Below are positions 10,188 through 19,933 of a stretch of DNA of 64,000 nt, one piece after another. Source of the DNA: a virus; the IMG/VR virus record IMGVR_UViG_3300045534_000133, positions 8,326-72,325 of that record. One strand, 5' to 3'. The notes under the pieces are model-generated. The model was not told where the DNA came from, searched no databases, and worked only from the letters and a program-made list of their open reading frames with translations. A program made the translations under genes and the position numbers. Each line of letters opens with the position of its first letter. The stretch's first letter is position 1.

Positions 10188-10714
10188 GCCCCCAAATGGG
10201 GCGCCGCAAGGCTCACGGTCAAGCCTATCGACAGCAGGGCCGCAAACAAGCCCGGGAAACGCTCTGGTGTGATCGTCAACGTGCAGGGCTCGGTGACGAT
10301 CGACTCGAAAATCAAACGCCCTCGCACCGTGGACGCATCCCATTTCAGTTCCCGCATCGTCAATCCGGGGTACTGAATCTCGATGACGTTGGGTTGGGAC
10401 GCCAGCACCACCGTGATGGTGCAGGATGCGGGCCCGGAGAGTTCACGACCGGCCGCCACGATTGCCCGGTCCACGTTCGGGATTGCGATAGATGCAAAGC
10501 CCGGCGCCTCCGCGCTGTCGCCCGGGAGGTCAAGGTCGAACGGCAGCCCCTGATACAGCACGCCGTTCGAGGTGCAGTCCTGATTGTCGTTCACGACGCG
10601 AATAGGGGTCACCATCGACGGGTGAGTGATCTCCAGCAAGACCAGCCAAATCTCGTCTGTGTTTTCAGCGGTCAGGCTGGCGATCGCCGCCGCAGAAAGC
10701 GTGCGAACGGTCAC
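10184..10714 (-). CDS. DUF1833-type tail tip protein
   Basis: 'LLEITHP...IRVVND', 'PFDLDLP', 'IPNVDR', 'TPERFPGLF'; position between distal tail and NlpC. Confidence 0.8.
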   Translation of the reverse strand: MTVRTLSAAAIASLTAENTDEIWLVLLEITHPSMVTPIRVVNDNQDCTSNGVLYQGLPFDLDLPGDSAEAPGFASIAIPNVDRAIVAAGRELSGPASCTITVVLASQPNVIEIQYPGLTMRELKWDASTVRGRLIFESIVTEPCTLTITPERFPGLFAALLSIGLTVSLAAPHLGA

Positions 10715-11067
10715 GGTTTAATCTCCACCTTGAAGTTGACGTAGTAGTTGTCGCCGTCAGCCGGAGTAATCTTCACCTTGGAGATGATCTGCATGGTGGC
10801 AGCCACCTGTTTTCGGGGGTGCGTCCAGTCGAACACCACCACACCACCGTCGAGCGTGGTGAAATAGAACGTCTCGAACGTGGCGACCTGCGCGGCCGAC
10901 ATGATCAGCCGAATGTCGATCTGGTCAAACCGGGCGGAGAACCGACGGCGCGACTTCATCGTGCCGCCCTCCATGGGCGTGCGCAGGACTTGATCGGGTA
11001 GGTCTTCCCCATAGCCCTGCTGCAGGACGTATGACGGAAGGGTGCCGGGCCATGTCGGGTTTGGCAT
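10711..11067 (-). CDS. minor/distal tail protein
   Basis: 'WPGTLP', 'RTPMEGGTMKSRRRFS', 'FETFYFTTLDGGVVVFDWTHP'; immediately follows tape measure. Confidence 0.8.
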   Translation of the reverse strand: MPNPTWPGTLPSYVLQQGYGEDLPDQVLRTPMEGGTMKSRRRFSARFDQIDIRLIMSAAQVATFETFYFTTLDGGVVVFDWTHPRKQVAATMQIISKVKITPADGDNYYVNFKVEIKP

Positions 11068-14000
11068 TAGCGCCTCGCGATCTGACGGGAGAGGCCGTAG
11101 GTGTCTCGCATCGGGCCGTCCATGTCACCCTCCCGCAACGCGCTTCTGGTTTCGTCGCGGATGAGCATGCTGATCATGCGCCGCCCGTCCGGGCCCTTGC
11201 TCTCGCTCGTTTCGACAGGGGCCGCCGCGCCAGAGCGCTGATCAATGACGGTGATCTGCACGCCGCCGCCGTCGCCACTGCCGCCGACACCCAGACGCCC
11301 ATCAGGGCCCCGCTTGAGCGGCAGCACAGCTTCGGGGCCTGCCTCGAAGGCCAACCCCATGCCGCCCGCCATCGGGAACAGCACCGGAGAGGCGCCCACG
11401 CCACCAAAGGTGTCTCCGAAGGCCGCTCCCTTGACGATCGTACCGACCGCCGTCGCCGCAACCTTGGTCAAGGTGTCGCCGCCCCCGACTTGGGCCAAGG
11501 CTGCGGACGCTGCCATAGCGGACCTCGTCAGGGTCGTCATGGCGCCGGTAGCAGCGGTGGTCGCAACAGCCGCCCGGGCATCAGCAGTCGATCGAGCCGC
11601 TGTGGCAGCGGCATCCCTCGTTGCCTCGGCGATAACAGCGCCAGCCCCGCCGCCACGCGCAGAAGCACGATCGCCACGCATGCCGCCCACGGTGTTCTGC
11701 AGGAAATCAGTTGCCTGCTCGGCGAACTGCTCTGTGGCCCGCTCCAGAGGACGGACCAGCAGAACGTCGGCGATGTTGGTGCCGATGCGGGAGACGACGC
11801 CTTGGATGACCGACACGAACTTCTCGGCCTCAACCTTGCCGTCTTCAAACAGGTCCGCAAACAGGCTACGGGCGCCTCCGCCAACCGCGTCTGCCGTGTT
11901 GGCGGCGATGCTGGCGATCTCCTCCATAGACTGGGCCTGCTGCTGGATGAGGCGCAGCCGCTCGCTGTTGGCGCGTACGGACCGCTCCTCCTCCTCGGCG
12001 AGTTTGGCACCGGCAGGCAGGAGCCCGTCCCGCACCAGTTCCTCCTCGCGCTGGATGACGGCCGCCTCCTCGCGACGGGCGCGACCAACGAGGCCCCGTA
12101 GTTCAAGTTGGCGCTCGGCAACGCGCACGCTCTCGGCGTCGGCGTCGCGCCGGTCCTTGGTGATGCGGGCGTCCTCGTTCGCCTGATCGGCCACCACCCG
12201 CGCAATCGCCAGCATGGGGTTTGACGAGCCCTCGGCGGCCTGCCGCCCCTCCTCCATCCGGCCGAACTGTCGGCGGCTGAACGCATCGCTACCGATGCTG
12301 GCGTACCGACCGGCCGCACCCATCGCGTCAACAGACTCGGCGTTGGCGGCAGCTTCCCGGGCAGCGTTTCGGCTGTTGAACCGGATACGGGCTCCGGTCA
12401 CGTCTCCGCCGTCGCTGGCCAGCACCGCCTCCTCTGCCCGCTGCCGGGCGAGATCGACGGCATAGCCGCGCTGGCCCGACACAAGGGCAGCAGACGCCGC
12501 CGCCTCGACCCCGGCCTCATTCTGGGCGTTCAGCAGGCTCTGCGCATTGGCAGTGGCCCGTTGGGCGACAATCAGGCGCTCCAGCGCTTGCCGGTACTTC
12601 TCGGTCGCCTCGGTGATCTTGTCGTCTTGTATCGTGCCGAAGTTCTGGAACCGGAACTGGGCGGTCTGCTCTGCGATGCGCGCATTGTCCATGGCGAGGC
12701 GCCCGCGCCCAGCCGCAACCGTCCGGCCTTCCTCTGCTGTCGCCTGCTGGCCAAGAGTCTCGATTGAACCTTGAGTTTGGGCAACCGCGCCAGCGACGCC
12801 GATGTTAACAAAATCCTGCTCTGTGGCGCCGGTGTAGCCAGCTTCATCGAACGCGCGGAAGGCGCGTGCCGCCGCCGTGCCGATGGCAGTACCACCCCCC
12901 CCGCCGCCGATCTCGCGGCCACGGAGAGCGTCCTGCGCAGAGTCCTGCATGCGCGTGTATGGGGTGCGGGAAAGGCTCTCCTGTGCCGCCACGGCCGCGC
13001 GCCGTCGATCGCGCAGTTCCGCCAAGCGTTCAGCCTTGCGGGGCGTCCCGTCTGGCAGGCTTTCCACGTCGCGGATATCAGCATCAATGTCTGCGATCTG
13101 AGCAGAACTTCCCGATGTGAGAAGCGCCTGCCCTCGCTGCACCATACCAGAAGTGTTTGGGTCCGAAGCAGGAGTGGCAGGAGCGTCTGGCAGGGGGCGA
13201 CCTTGAGAATCCACTGGGCGGCGCGTGACCGGGTCCAGAAGGCGGCCTTGGCTGTCCCGGCTTGTTATGTGCAGGTGAGGCCCGGTAGTCGAGTTCCCGC
13301 TATTGCCTGTCCGGGCCAGCATTTCCCCGGCTCTGAACTCCTGCCCCCGTCTCCAGTTGTCCCCCTCGATATTCTGGAGGTGGGCGTAGTAGTCAGTGGA
13401 GCCGTCTTCGTAGCGAACGGTCAAGGCGTTGCCGCCGGGCGTGCGGTTGAACGGGTCGGAATTAAAGTCCGTGACTACGCCGTTGGCAAGGGCACGCAAC
13501 GGGGTGCCTACCGGCGCGGCATAATCGTAGCCAGTATGGACCCTGTTGCCGGGACGGGCTGCACCGGGCCGACCTTCGGGACCGGGCATGCGTCCACCAG
13601 CGATCGGAAGCCCGCCTCGCAAACCCCGGGGGCCGCCATTAGCCCGGTCTTGCTCCTCTTGATCAATAGACCGCTGGACCAGATCGTTGTATTGGTCGCC
13701 CATCCCACCGGGCGCCGTACGCAAAAGCAGATACTCAAGGCCGCGCGCTTCGATGCCGCGCTTGGCGTCATCGAAACCCTTGGCAATGGCATTAGATATG
13801 GCCGCAGAGAACTTGTTCAGACCGGACTCCTCGGCCAGCGAATCGAAGAAATCGCCAGCGGCCCGCCCCATGTTGGTGAAGGCAGCCTCCGAGGTCTGCT
13901 CCATGTCGCCGATATCTTTCCGAACCTGCTCTGAGGTGCGATTGATTGCGGCGATGAAGTCGTCTGAAAACAGGTTCCCGTCAGCGGCCATCTGCTTGAT

Positions 14001-15125
14001 AGCTTCGATCGGAAGGTTCAGCCCGTCAGCAAGGCGGCTTGCCAGTTCGGGTGACTGATCGAGAAGGGTGTTGAGTTCTCCAAGTTCGACGCGACCGTCC
14101 TTGAAGGCCGAAGCGACCTTGTTGCCCAGTTGCTCAAAATCTGCCGCTCTGGCACCGCCGATCTGGTCAATCAGGGCAAGCGTGGAACCAAAGGTGTCCA
14201 TGTCCTGTGCCGACGAGTCGAGCGGGGCCCTTTCGAGCCCCACGCGCAGGGCCCGCTGATCACCGCGCTCTGAACCACTAAACCGGGCCGCTCGACTGAC
14301 GCCCTCGATCGCCTCGGCGGCTGCAGCGCTGGACCCGGTGATCGAAACCAGTCGGCGCTCCAGCAGTTCCGCGTCGTCGGCAGCCTTGATGGCAGCCTCC
14401 GCAGTGGCCTTCAAAACCATGACGAGGCCAACGCCCAGCGCGGCCCCTGCAGAGCGACCAACGATCGAGAGTAGGTTCATGCCGCTCGCGGCCCGGCCTA
14501 CCGCCGTGCTGGCCGCCCCTGCGGCTTGGGTGGTGTCGTCAAGGGCGTCCGTGATGCCGCCGCGTCCCTGTGAGTTACCAGCCGCTCCGGTAATGGCGCC
14601 AGCCACCGCGTTACCAGTGACCCCCGCACCGATCGCAGCGACAGGGTTCTGTCGAACGGCAGCAGCTTGCAAAGCAGCCTGCTCTGCCGCCGATGCCGAC
14701 GCTCTGCGCGCCACCTGACCGTCAGCCCAGTCGGCCATGGCCTGATCAGCGTACCAGCCCCCAGACTTGGCCTGAACAGGCATTGGGGCAGACGGGATAT
14801 TGACGGGCGACACCGCGCCCGGCGTAGCGGCAGCAGGTGTCGGCTTCGGCGCCGTCGCCAGCATAGTCTGGGCTTGTTGAGCCTTGGCGGCGCTCTCGGC
14901 GACACGCTCGTTGGCCTTGGCCAGCGCTTCGGCGGCCTGCGCCGTCTGGTTCAGCTTCTGGGCATCCGATGACGCGCCCTGCGCCATGCCGGAAGTGGCC
15001 TGTTGGGCCTGCCCGGCGGCCGTACCGACACCCTTGAGGCTTTCGGCAACCGCCTCTGCGGCCTCCTGAGCCTTGAGTAGCGGGCCCGTGTCGATCGCAA
15101 AGCCCAGCGGGGCAATATCAGCCAT
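11067..15125 (-). CDS. tape measure protein with internal M23 peptidase
   Basis: Ala-rich helical ~1350 aa; tape-measure N segment 'ELNTLLDQSPELASRLADGL'; C-terminal 'EAGPEAVLPLKRGPDGRLGV'; HTGYD...HLH M23 motifs. Confidence 0.9.
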   Translation of the reverse strand: MADIAPLGFAIDTGPLLKAQEAAEAVAESLKGVGTAAGQAQQATSGMAQGASSDAQKLNQTAQAAEALAKANERVAESAAKAQQAQTMLATAPKPTPAAATPGAVSPVNIPSAPMPVQAKSGGWYADQAMADWADGQVARRASASAAEQAALQAAAVRQNPVAAIGAGVTGNAVAGAITGAAGNSQGRGGITDALDDTTQAAGAASTAVGRAASGMNLLSIVGRSAGAALGVGLVMVLKATAEAAIKAADDAELLERRLVSITGSSAAAAEAIEGVSRAARFSGSERGDQRALRVGLERAPLDSSAQDMDTFGSTLALIDQIGGARAADFEQLGNKVASAFKDGRVELGELNTLLDQSPELASRLADGLNLPIEAIKQMAADGNLFSDDFIAAINRTSEQVRKDIGDMEQTSEAAFTNMGRAAGDFFDSLAEESGLNKFSAAISNAIAKGFDDAKRGIEARGLEYLLLRTAPGGMGDQYNDLVQRSIDQEEQDRANGGPRGLRGGLPIAGGRMPGPEGRPGAARPGNRVHTGYDYAAPVGTPLRALANGVVTDFNSDPFNRTPGGNALTVRYEDGSTDYYAHLQNIEGDNWRRGQEFRAGEMLARTGNSGNSTTGPHLHITSRDSQGRLLDPVTRRPVDSQGRPLPDAPATPASDPNTSGMVQRGQALLTSGSSAQIADIDADIRDVESLPDGTPRKAERLAELRDRRRAAVAAQESLSRTPYTRMQDSAQDALRGREIGGGGGGTAIGTAAARAFRAFDEAGYTGATEQDFVNIGVAGAVAQTQGSIETLGQQATAEEGRTVAAGRGRLAMDNARIAEQTAQFRFQNFGTIQDDKITEATEKYRQALERLIVAQRATANAQSLLNAQNEAGVEAAASAALVSGQRGYAVDLARQRAEEAVLASDGGDVTGARIRFNSRNAAREAAANAESVDAMGAAGRYASIGSDAFSRRQFGRMEEGRQAAEGSSNPMLAIARVVADQANEDARITKDRRDADAESVRVAERQLELRGLVGRARREEAAVIQREEELVRDGLLPAGAKLAEEEERSVRANSERLRLIQQQAQSMEEIASIAANTADAVGGGARSLFADLFEDGKVEAEKFVSVIQGVVSRIGTNIADVLLVRPLERATEQFAEQATDFLQNTVGGMRGDRASARGGGAGAVIAEATRDAAATAARSTADARAAVATTAATGAMTTLTRSAMAASAALAQVGGGDTLTKVAATAVGTIVKGAAFGDTFGGVGASPVLFPMAGGMGLAFEAGPEAVLPLKRGPDGRLGVGGSGDGGGVQITVIDQRSGAAAPVETSESKGPDGRRMISMLIRDETRSALREGDMDGPMRDTYGLSRQIARR

Positions 15126-15500
15126 CGGTCGCCCCTCCATCCTTGTCATCGCCCCGACGCATAGAATCGAGCGCCCGGATGGTCCTTATCTCCCACGGAG
15201 AGAGCGGGTCGTCCATGTTCTGGCAGCGGGCCGCGATTTCCATGTGCGATATCGCCTGCCCGCCACTGAAACCGGCCTCGCGGCCCTGATCTAGGTCAAC
15301 GAAAACAGACCAGAGGTGGAACGCCTCGACAGGCAGCACCGCCTCCTCCTCGGGCACAACCGCCTTGTGCTTCCCGGCGGCGATGAGAGCCTTTTTGGCA
15401 ACCGCCCAGTGGTCGTTGACCGAAGCCCCGTCCGAGGTCGCAACGCGCGCCCTGAACTTCTGGCGGCCGTAGGCAAGGGTGCGGCCTACGACGCCTTCAT
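15118..15500 (-). CDS. tail assembly chaperone, -1 frameshift extension (gpGT-like)
   Basis: The -1 frame is open from the GCT TTT ATG site (~15500) to the stop at 15118; 'LWSVFVDL', 'PWEIRTIRALD'. Confidence 0.6.
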
Positions 15501-15923
15501 AAAAGCGACCCGGCGGGCGATGAACTGGTCAGCCTGATCGCGGCTGATCGGGTAGGCGCGCAGGAACCGGGAGATGGTGGCCGCATCGCAGGGCGCCTCG
15601 GTGCCGTCGGAAAGCTGCACATTCCAGCCCTTGATCATGCCAGCGAGGAACAGCACGGCGTCCTCGTCGGCATCGTCCGCGCGCTGCTCGTCGGTGCGCT
15701 CACCAAGGCTGGAGCGCTCGATCTGACGCTTGCGCTGCAGGCGGTTCTGGGTGCGGTAGGCCTTGCTGTCAGGGCCATAGAGGGTGAAAACGACGGGCTT
15801 TCCGTCCTGCCGCTTGAGCGGCGTGCCGTCGGCGCGAATGACGGGCATGTCCACGCCAGATTCTGACATGGTGACCGTGTCGAGGCCGGGCGCGTGGAAT
15901 CCGAGTTCGGTGGGTTTCGTCAT
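15486..15923 (-). CDS. tail assembly chaperone (gpG-like)
   Basis: 'GPDSKAYR', 'IKGWNV', 'DQADQFI'; between tail tube and tape measure. Confidence 0.75.
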   Translation of the reverse strand: MTKPTELGFHAPGLDTVTMSESGVDMPVIRADGTPLKRQDGKPVVFTLYGPDSKAYRTQNRLQRKRQIERSSLGERTDEQRADDADEDAVLFLAGMIKGWNVQLSDGTEAPCDAATISRFLRAYPISRDQADQFIARRVAFMKAS

Positions 15924-16008
15924 GGTGGTCCTGTTTCCTAAACGGTTGAGTGGCGGGTCTGGCCCCCCGCCACTCCATAATCCCCCACGCGCGGCCAGCG
16001 CGGTTCGG

Positions 16009-17253
16009 TTACGTCAGGTTGCTGCGCTGGATGACCAGCGTGCTGGTGTCGAAGCCGGTCCCCGACTTAACGGTTGCCTGATACGGGAACTGGACGATCA
16101 CGCCGCCCTCGGGCCCGATCTGCTTTTGAGCGCCCATCAGCTTGACGCGCTGCATGTTGAACGCGAGGAAGTCCGAGTTGGCCACGGCGCCCGGGACGAG
16201 CGCGGCGATCTCGACTTCGGTTTCGTTGAGGAAGGCGGCGATCAGGCTCTGGCTTTCGAGGAAGGCCGTAACCATGCCGGTCACGGTCGTGCGGCCGTAG
16301 AAAATGTCGGGCACAAAGCGTGGGCCGATCACAGGCGGGGCCGACAGGTTGAGGTTCACGTTCACGTCGAAGCCGGTGATGATGGCCTGATCGACACCGG
16401 CGACACGGATGCTGCCGCCGATACCGTTGACGATGCCGGTCGAGCCTGCAGCCACCGGTGCCGTGAAGTAGGGCGCAGAGGCCCCGGTCAGAATCTCGGG
16501 CTTGCGGCCCGCAAAGTCGAAACCGACAGTGGCGTTGCCGTTCGGCGCAACACGGAAGCTGCCCCCGCCCACGCGCACGCCGGTGAACAGTTCCGACACG
16601 TCGATATCGTCGTAGGACTGCTCGATCGTGAACGACGGCTTGAGAACGCCGTTGGTGATCTTGAGGCCGACGACCTCCATGGTGAAAGTGGCATGCGTCG
16701 GGGCCGCCAGCATGGTCAGTTCCGCATTGCAGAACGTGAAGTCCATGGTCGTCGCGGTGATCGCCGTGATGCGCAGGTAGTTGTTCAGCAGTGAAGTCGC
16801 CGCCGGACCGGCTGGCAGAGCCGTGAACCGGACGATATCGCCAACCCGGAAGCCCACAGTGATCAGAGAGCCGCCCGACGCACCAAAGGTGGCGCGGAAA
16901 ACCCCGCCGCCCGACACAGTGAAGGCGACGTTCGGGGTGGTCCAGACCGTCTGGGTCATCGACAGGGCAGTGCCCCACGTCGAGCGCATCAGCGCTGCCA
17001 GCAGGAGATCGTAGCTGACGGTCGAGAGTTCGCCTTGGATGCCACCGGCGACGCCGAAAGTGCCGTGGCGCACGTCGGAAACCTGCTGATCAGCCCGCAC
17101 CTCGTTGGACGCGAAGGCGGCCTTGGTGCCAGCCAGCGACGAGGACACACGACGGGTGCGCTGCGCGGTTACAAGACCGGTTGCGGCGGCCGTGCCAAAG
17201 GTGGTTTCAGCGCCGACAGTGATAGTCGCGCCAACATTCGGTTGGATGGGCAT
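16009..17253 (-). CDS. major tail tube protein
   Basis: 'ETTFGT', 'SNEVRADQQVSDVRHG', 'SFTIEQSYDDI', 'DIFYGRTTVTG'. Confidence 0.85.
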   Translation of the reverse strand: MPIQPNVGATITVGAETTFGTAAATGLVTAQRTRRVSSSLAGTKAAFASNEVRADQQVSDVRHGTFGVAGGIQGELSTVSYDLLLAALMRSTWGTALSMTQTVWTTPNVAFTVSGGGVFRATFGASGGSLITVGFRVGDIVRFTALPAGPAATSLLNNYLRITAITATTMDFTFCNAELTMLAAPTHATFTMEVVGLKITNGVLKPSFTIEQSYDDIDVSELFTGVRVGGGSFRVAPNGNATVGFDFAGRKPEILTGASAPYFTAPVAAGSTGIVNGIGGSIRVAGVDQAIITGFDVNVNLNLSAPPVIGPRFVPDIFYGRTTVTGMVTAFLESQSLIAAFLNETEVEIAALVPGAVANSDFLAFNMQRVKLMGAQKQIGPEGGVIVQFPYQATVKSGTGFDTSTLVIQRSNLT

Positions 17254-17266
17254 GGTGGCAAGCCTC

Positions 17267-17908
17267 CTAGTTCTCGGTCCATGCCGTCACCGATGCAGTG
17301 ACGGCGCATGCTGTCCAGACCGATTCCTCATTCAGGGGGGCCTGATCAGCAGACGCCACCTTCCCTACGTTCCCCCCGAACGAAAGTCCGGTGCCGGGGC
17401 GGTAGAGTTCCAAGAGTCGGCCTGCCATAGATTCGATGCCCAGAGTGCCTTGACCGGACGGCCATTGCAATGTCAGCGACAGAAGCAGGTCATGGCGCCA
17501 TTGACCGCCAAACAGAACGGGCTGTCCGCCGATGCGCCGGAACACCTCACTGATGAAAGGCACGCCCTCGACCGGGTGGAAAGTCTCGCGCTCCCACGCC
17601 ACCTGCGGCATGTAGGCGGTCACGCTGCCGCCTGTCACGCTTTGGTTGGTCAGGGCCCGGCCGAACGTCAGCGTGTTGCCAGCCACACCCTCCAGCCGAT
17701 GAAGGCCGTTATTTGCCGCAGAGAAGCCCGCCAGAACCACATAATCGCCCGGCGCGTGCCCATCAGCCCCAAAGTCCTTCCCTGCCGCTGTGAGCGTGTC
17801 TCCGGCGATTACAGCGCTGCCCGGGATAGCCGACACCGGAAGGGACAGCGTCAACAGCCGGGCCCGGGCCGCCGCACGCATGTTTGGAATGATCTTGCGC
17901 GCCGTCAT
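17267..17908 (-). CDS. tail terminator-like protein with inserted beta domain
   Basis: Synteny; 'VAWERETFHP', 'WPSGQG', C-terminal 'VTASVTAW'. Confidence 0.6.
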   Translation of the reverse strand: MTARKIIPNMRAAARARLLTLSLPVSAIPGSAVIAGDTLTAAGKDFGADGHAPGDYVVLAGFSAANNGLHRLEGVAGNTLTFGRALTNQSVTGGSVTAYMPQVAWERETFHPVEGVPFISEVFRRIGGQPVLFGGQWRHDLLLSLTLQWPSGQGTLGIESMAGRLLELYRPGTGLSFGGNVGKVASADQAPLNEESVWTACAVTASVTAWTEN

Positions 17909-18339
17909 GCCGCCAGCCCCTTCGCAGTAGCCTCAACGATTGCGGGCCAGCGCTTCACATTGTTCGTGACGTAAAACCGACCGGCCTGATTGTAGTTTCG
18001 CCCCAGACTGTCCATGCCCACAAAGCCATACTCGATGCGGCGGGCATAGACGCAGGCGTTGGTGTAATAGATCGTCGAGCCCAGTTCCAGCGTCTCGACC
18101 TGAACCGCGAAATCGGCCATGGCCAGCGCGCCACCCGGGTCCAGCGAAACATCAGCCTTGGCCGGGGGTATGTCGCCGATGCTCGGCTGCCAGCTTCCGC
18201 GCAGGAACCCCGTGTCGACCGGCGTCGAGGTCACCACGTCAAAGGCCAGAGTGTAGGCAGACTGACGAGCGACCGCCTTGAGATCGGCCTCGACTTGCGA
18301 AAGCCACTTTTGGATACCGGCGTTGTACTCGACCGTCAC
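17905..18339 (-). CDS. HK97 gp10-like neck protein
   Basis: 'TPVDTGFLRGSW', 'YARRIEYG'. Confidence 0.85.
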   Translation of the reverse strand: MTVEYNAGIQKWLSQVEADLKAVARQSAYTLAFDVVTSTPVDTGFLRGSWQPSIGDIPPAKADVSLDPGGALAMADFAVQVETLELGSTIYYTNACVYARRIEYGFVGMDSLGRNYNQAGRFYVTNNVKRWPAIVEATAKGLAA

Positions 18340-18713
18340 TTGCCGATCAGGACGCGGAAATAAATCACGGCGTCGCCATCAGGGTCGTAAACCACGGCGT
18401 CCACGATCTTCCAGTCCTGCCCCTTCCAGCGCACACGATCTCCCCCCATCGGCGTGTAGCCTTCGGGGAAGACGTGCAGTTCCTCCATGCCCGCCGTGAT
18501 CTGCGTGCCGTCGCGAAACGACCACGATCGGCCCGGGGGCAAGCCGACCGCCCAGCGAACCCACGAGCCCGAAGCCGACGCTGTGGTCCGTTGCTGCGTG
18601 ACCGGGTCTTTGCCGGTTTGGCCAGCCTGCCGGGTGAACGTCGCCTGTACGCCTTTGGACTTGATCAGGCGGCCGGTCGTCGCACGCAGGCGGTCATACA
18701 GGGCAACCATCAC
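18336..18713 (-). CDS. head closure/head-tail joining protein
   Basis: 'YDRLRATTGRLIKSKG', 'PMGGDRV'; synteny. Confidence 0.65.
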   Translation of the reverse strand: MMVALYDRLRATTGRLIKSKGVQATFTRQAGQTGKDPVTQQRTTASASGSWVRWAVGLPPGRSWSFRDGTQITAGMEELHVFPEGYTPMGGDRVRWKGQDWKIVDAVVYDPDGDAVIYFRVLIGK

Positions 18714-19273
18714 TCCACCTCATCGAGCGGCGCCGTGGCAAAATCGTGCATGCCGATCGAGAAGGCGTTGTCACCCTCCGGCGGAGACCAGCCGGGGACA
18801 GCGATCGCTTGATTGTCTGGGCGGACATACTGGGCCACCAGCCTGTCGAAGGTGGTGAAAGCCTTGTGCCGGTTTGAGCCTGCCACATAGGAGACGCTGA
18901 TCGCCCCCACAGACTCGCTGGCCACTTCCGGCGCCGTGATGTTCTCGTACAAGGCCTCGCCCGCCAGAACCTGTGAGGCGAGGAACAAGACCCCGTTTTT
19001 GAGCCGGACGGGCACGCCGGTGATGACGTGCCCGCTCCAGTCAGTCAGGCCCTCTCGCGGAAACATGAAGGCCTGACTGGGCGACAGTGTGGTCCCTTTG
19101 TAGCGCCGGACCGTGTCCGCATATTCAGAGGCGAGGCGCAGGGCCACCTCTTTGGTCGTCACGTCAGCGACCGCCGCAAGGCCGTGCGCCGACAGGTAGG
19201 CGTCAAGTTCGGCCACAGAGGCCATCGAGTCCGCGTTTACGAGCCCGGTCCCGTTTTCAACAATCAGCGCCAC
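18710..19273 (-). CDS. head-tail adaptor (DnaT-like family)
   Basis: 'MALIVENGTGLVNADSMASV', 'FPREG', 'ESVGAISVSY'. Confidence 0.8.
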   Translation of the reverse strand: MALIVENGTGLVNADSMASVAELDAYLSAHGLAAVADVTTKEVALRLASEYADTVRRYKGTTLSPSQAFMFPREGLTDWSGHVITGVPVRLKNGVLFLASQVLAGEALYENITAPEVASESVGAISVSYVAGSNRHKAFTTFDRLVAQYVRPDNQAIAVPGWSPPEGDNAFSIGMHDFATAPLDEVE

Positions 19274-19285
19274 ATTGCCCTCCCG

Positions 19286-19852
19286 TTATTTCGGCGGAAG
19301 CCCAGCCGCTACGATCGCATCGGCCTCGTCTTTCGACTTGATGCCCTTGGCGACCACATACCCGTTCTCGGCCACAACGTCATGGCCGTCGAAGCCACGG
19401 TAGTGGCGCTTTAGCGCTCCCACGGGCTGATCGGGAGCCGCACCTGCTCCATCGGCGTCAGCATCGGCGGCAGGTTCGCTGCCACCTGCAGCGCGATCAC
19501 CGATGTTGTCAGCAGCATCATCTGCCTGTGCGTCAGCGGTATGCGGTTCATCGTTCTCGTCCTCCAGCGGGGCCTGCTCGACTTGATCGGATTCGACGGG
19601 AGCGGCCAGCGCGGCCTCCCGATCGGCCTTGGACACAGCCTTGACGCCACCGATGGGCTGCGCTGGCGCCTCGGCGACCACGATCATTTTCTGGCGGTAC
19701 AGCTTCTCCAGCATGGACGCGCCCGGCTTCTCCACGCCCTCGGCCGGGAACGGGTCACCATTGATGTAATCCACGCCCTCATACTTGAAGGCCCGCCAGC
19801 AGGCGAAGCTGTATTGGGGGCTGAACGGAAGCGGGTCTGTACGGCGGCGCAT
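19286..19852 (-). CDS. hypothetical virion-associated protein with acidic linker
   Basis: 188-aa ORF with AGGAG RBS, directly after the capsid gene. Confidence 0.65.
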   Translation of the reverse strand: MRRRTDPLPFSPQYSFACWRAFKYEGVDYINGDPFPAEGVEKPGASMLEKLYRQKMIVVAEAPAQPIGGVKAVSKADREAALAAPVESDQVEQAPLEDENDEPHTADAQADDAADNIGDRAAGGSEPAADADADGAGAAPDQPVGALKRHYRGFDGHDVVAENGYVVAKGIKSKDEADAIVAAGLPPK

Positions 19853-19870
19853 CGGCGCTCTCCTGATAAG

Positions 19871-19903
19871 AAAAACGGCGGGGGACTCGGAGCCCCCCGC
19901 CGC
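19871..19903 (-). terminator. intrinsic terminator after major capsid gene
   Basis: Minus strand CGGCGGGGGG-CTCCGAGT-CCCCCGCCG followed by TTTTT. Confidence 0.7.
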
Positions 19904-19933
19904 AAACTGTCACGGTTTCCGCCCGCTGTCGCG

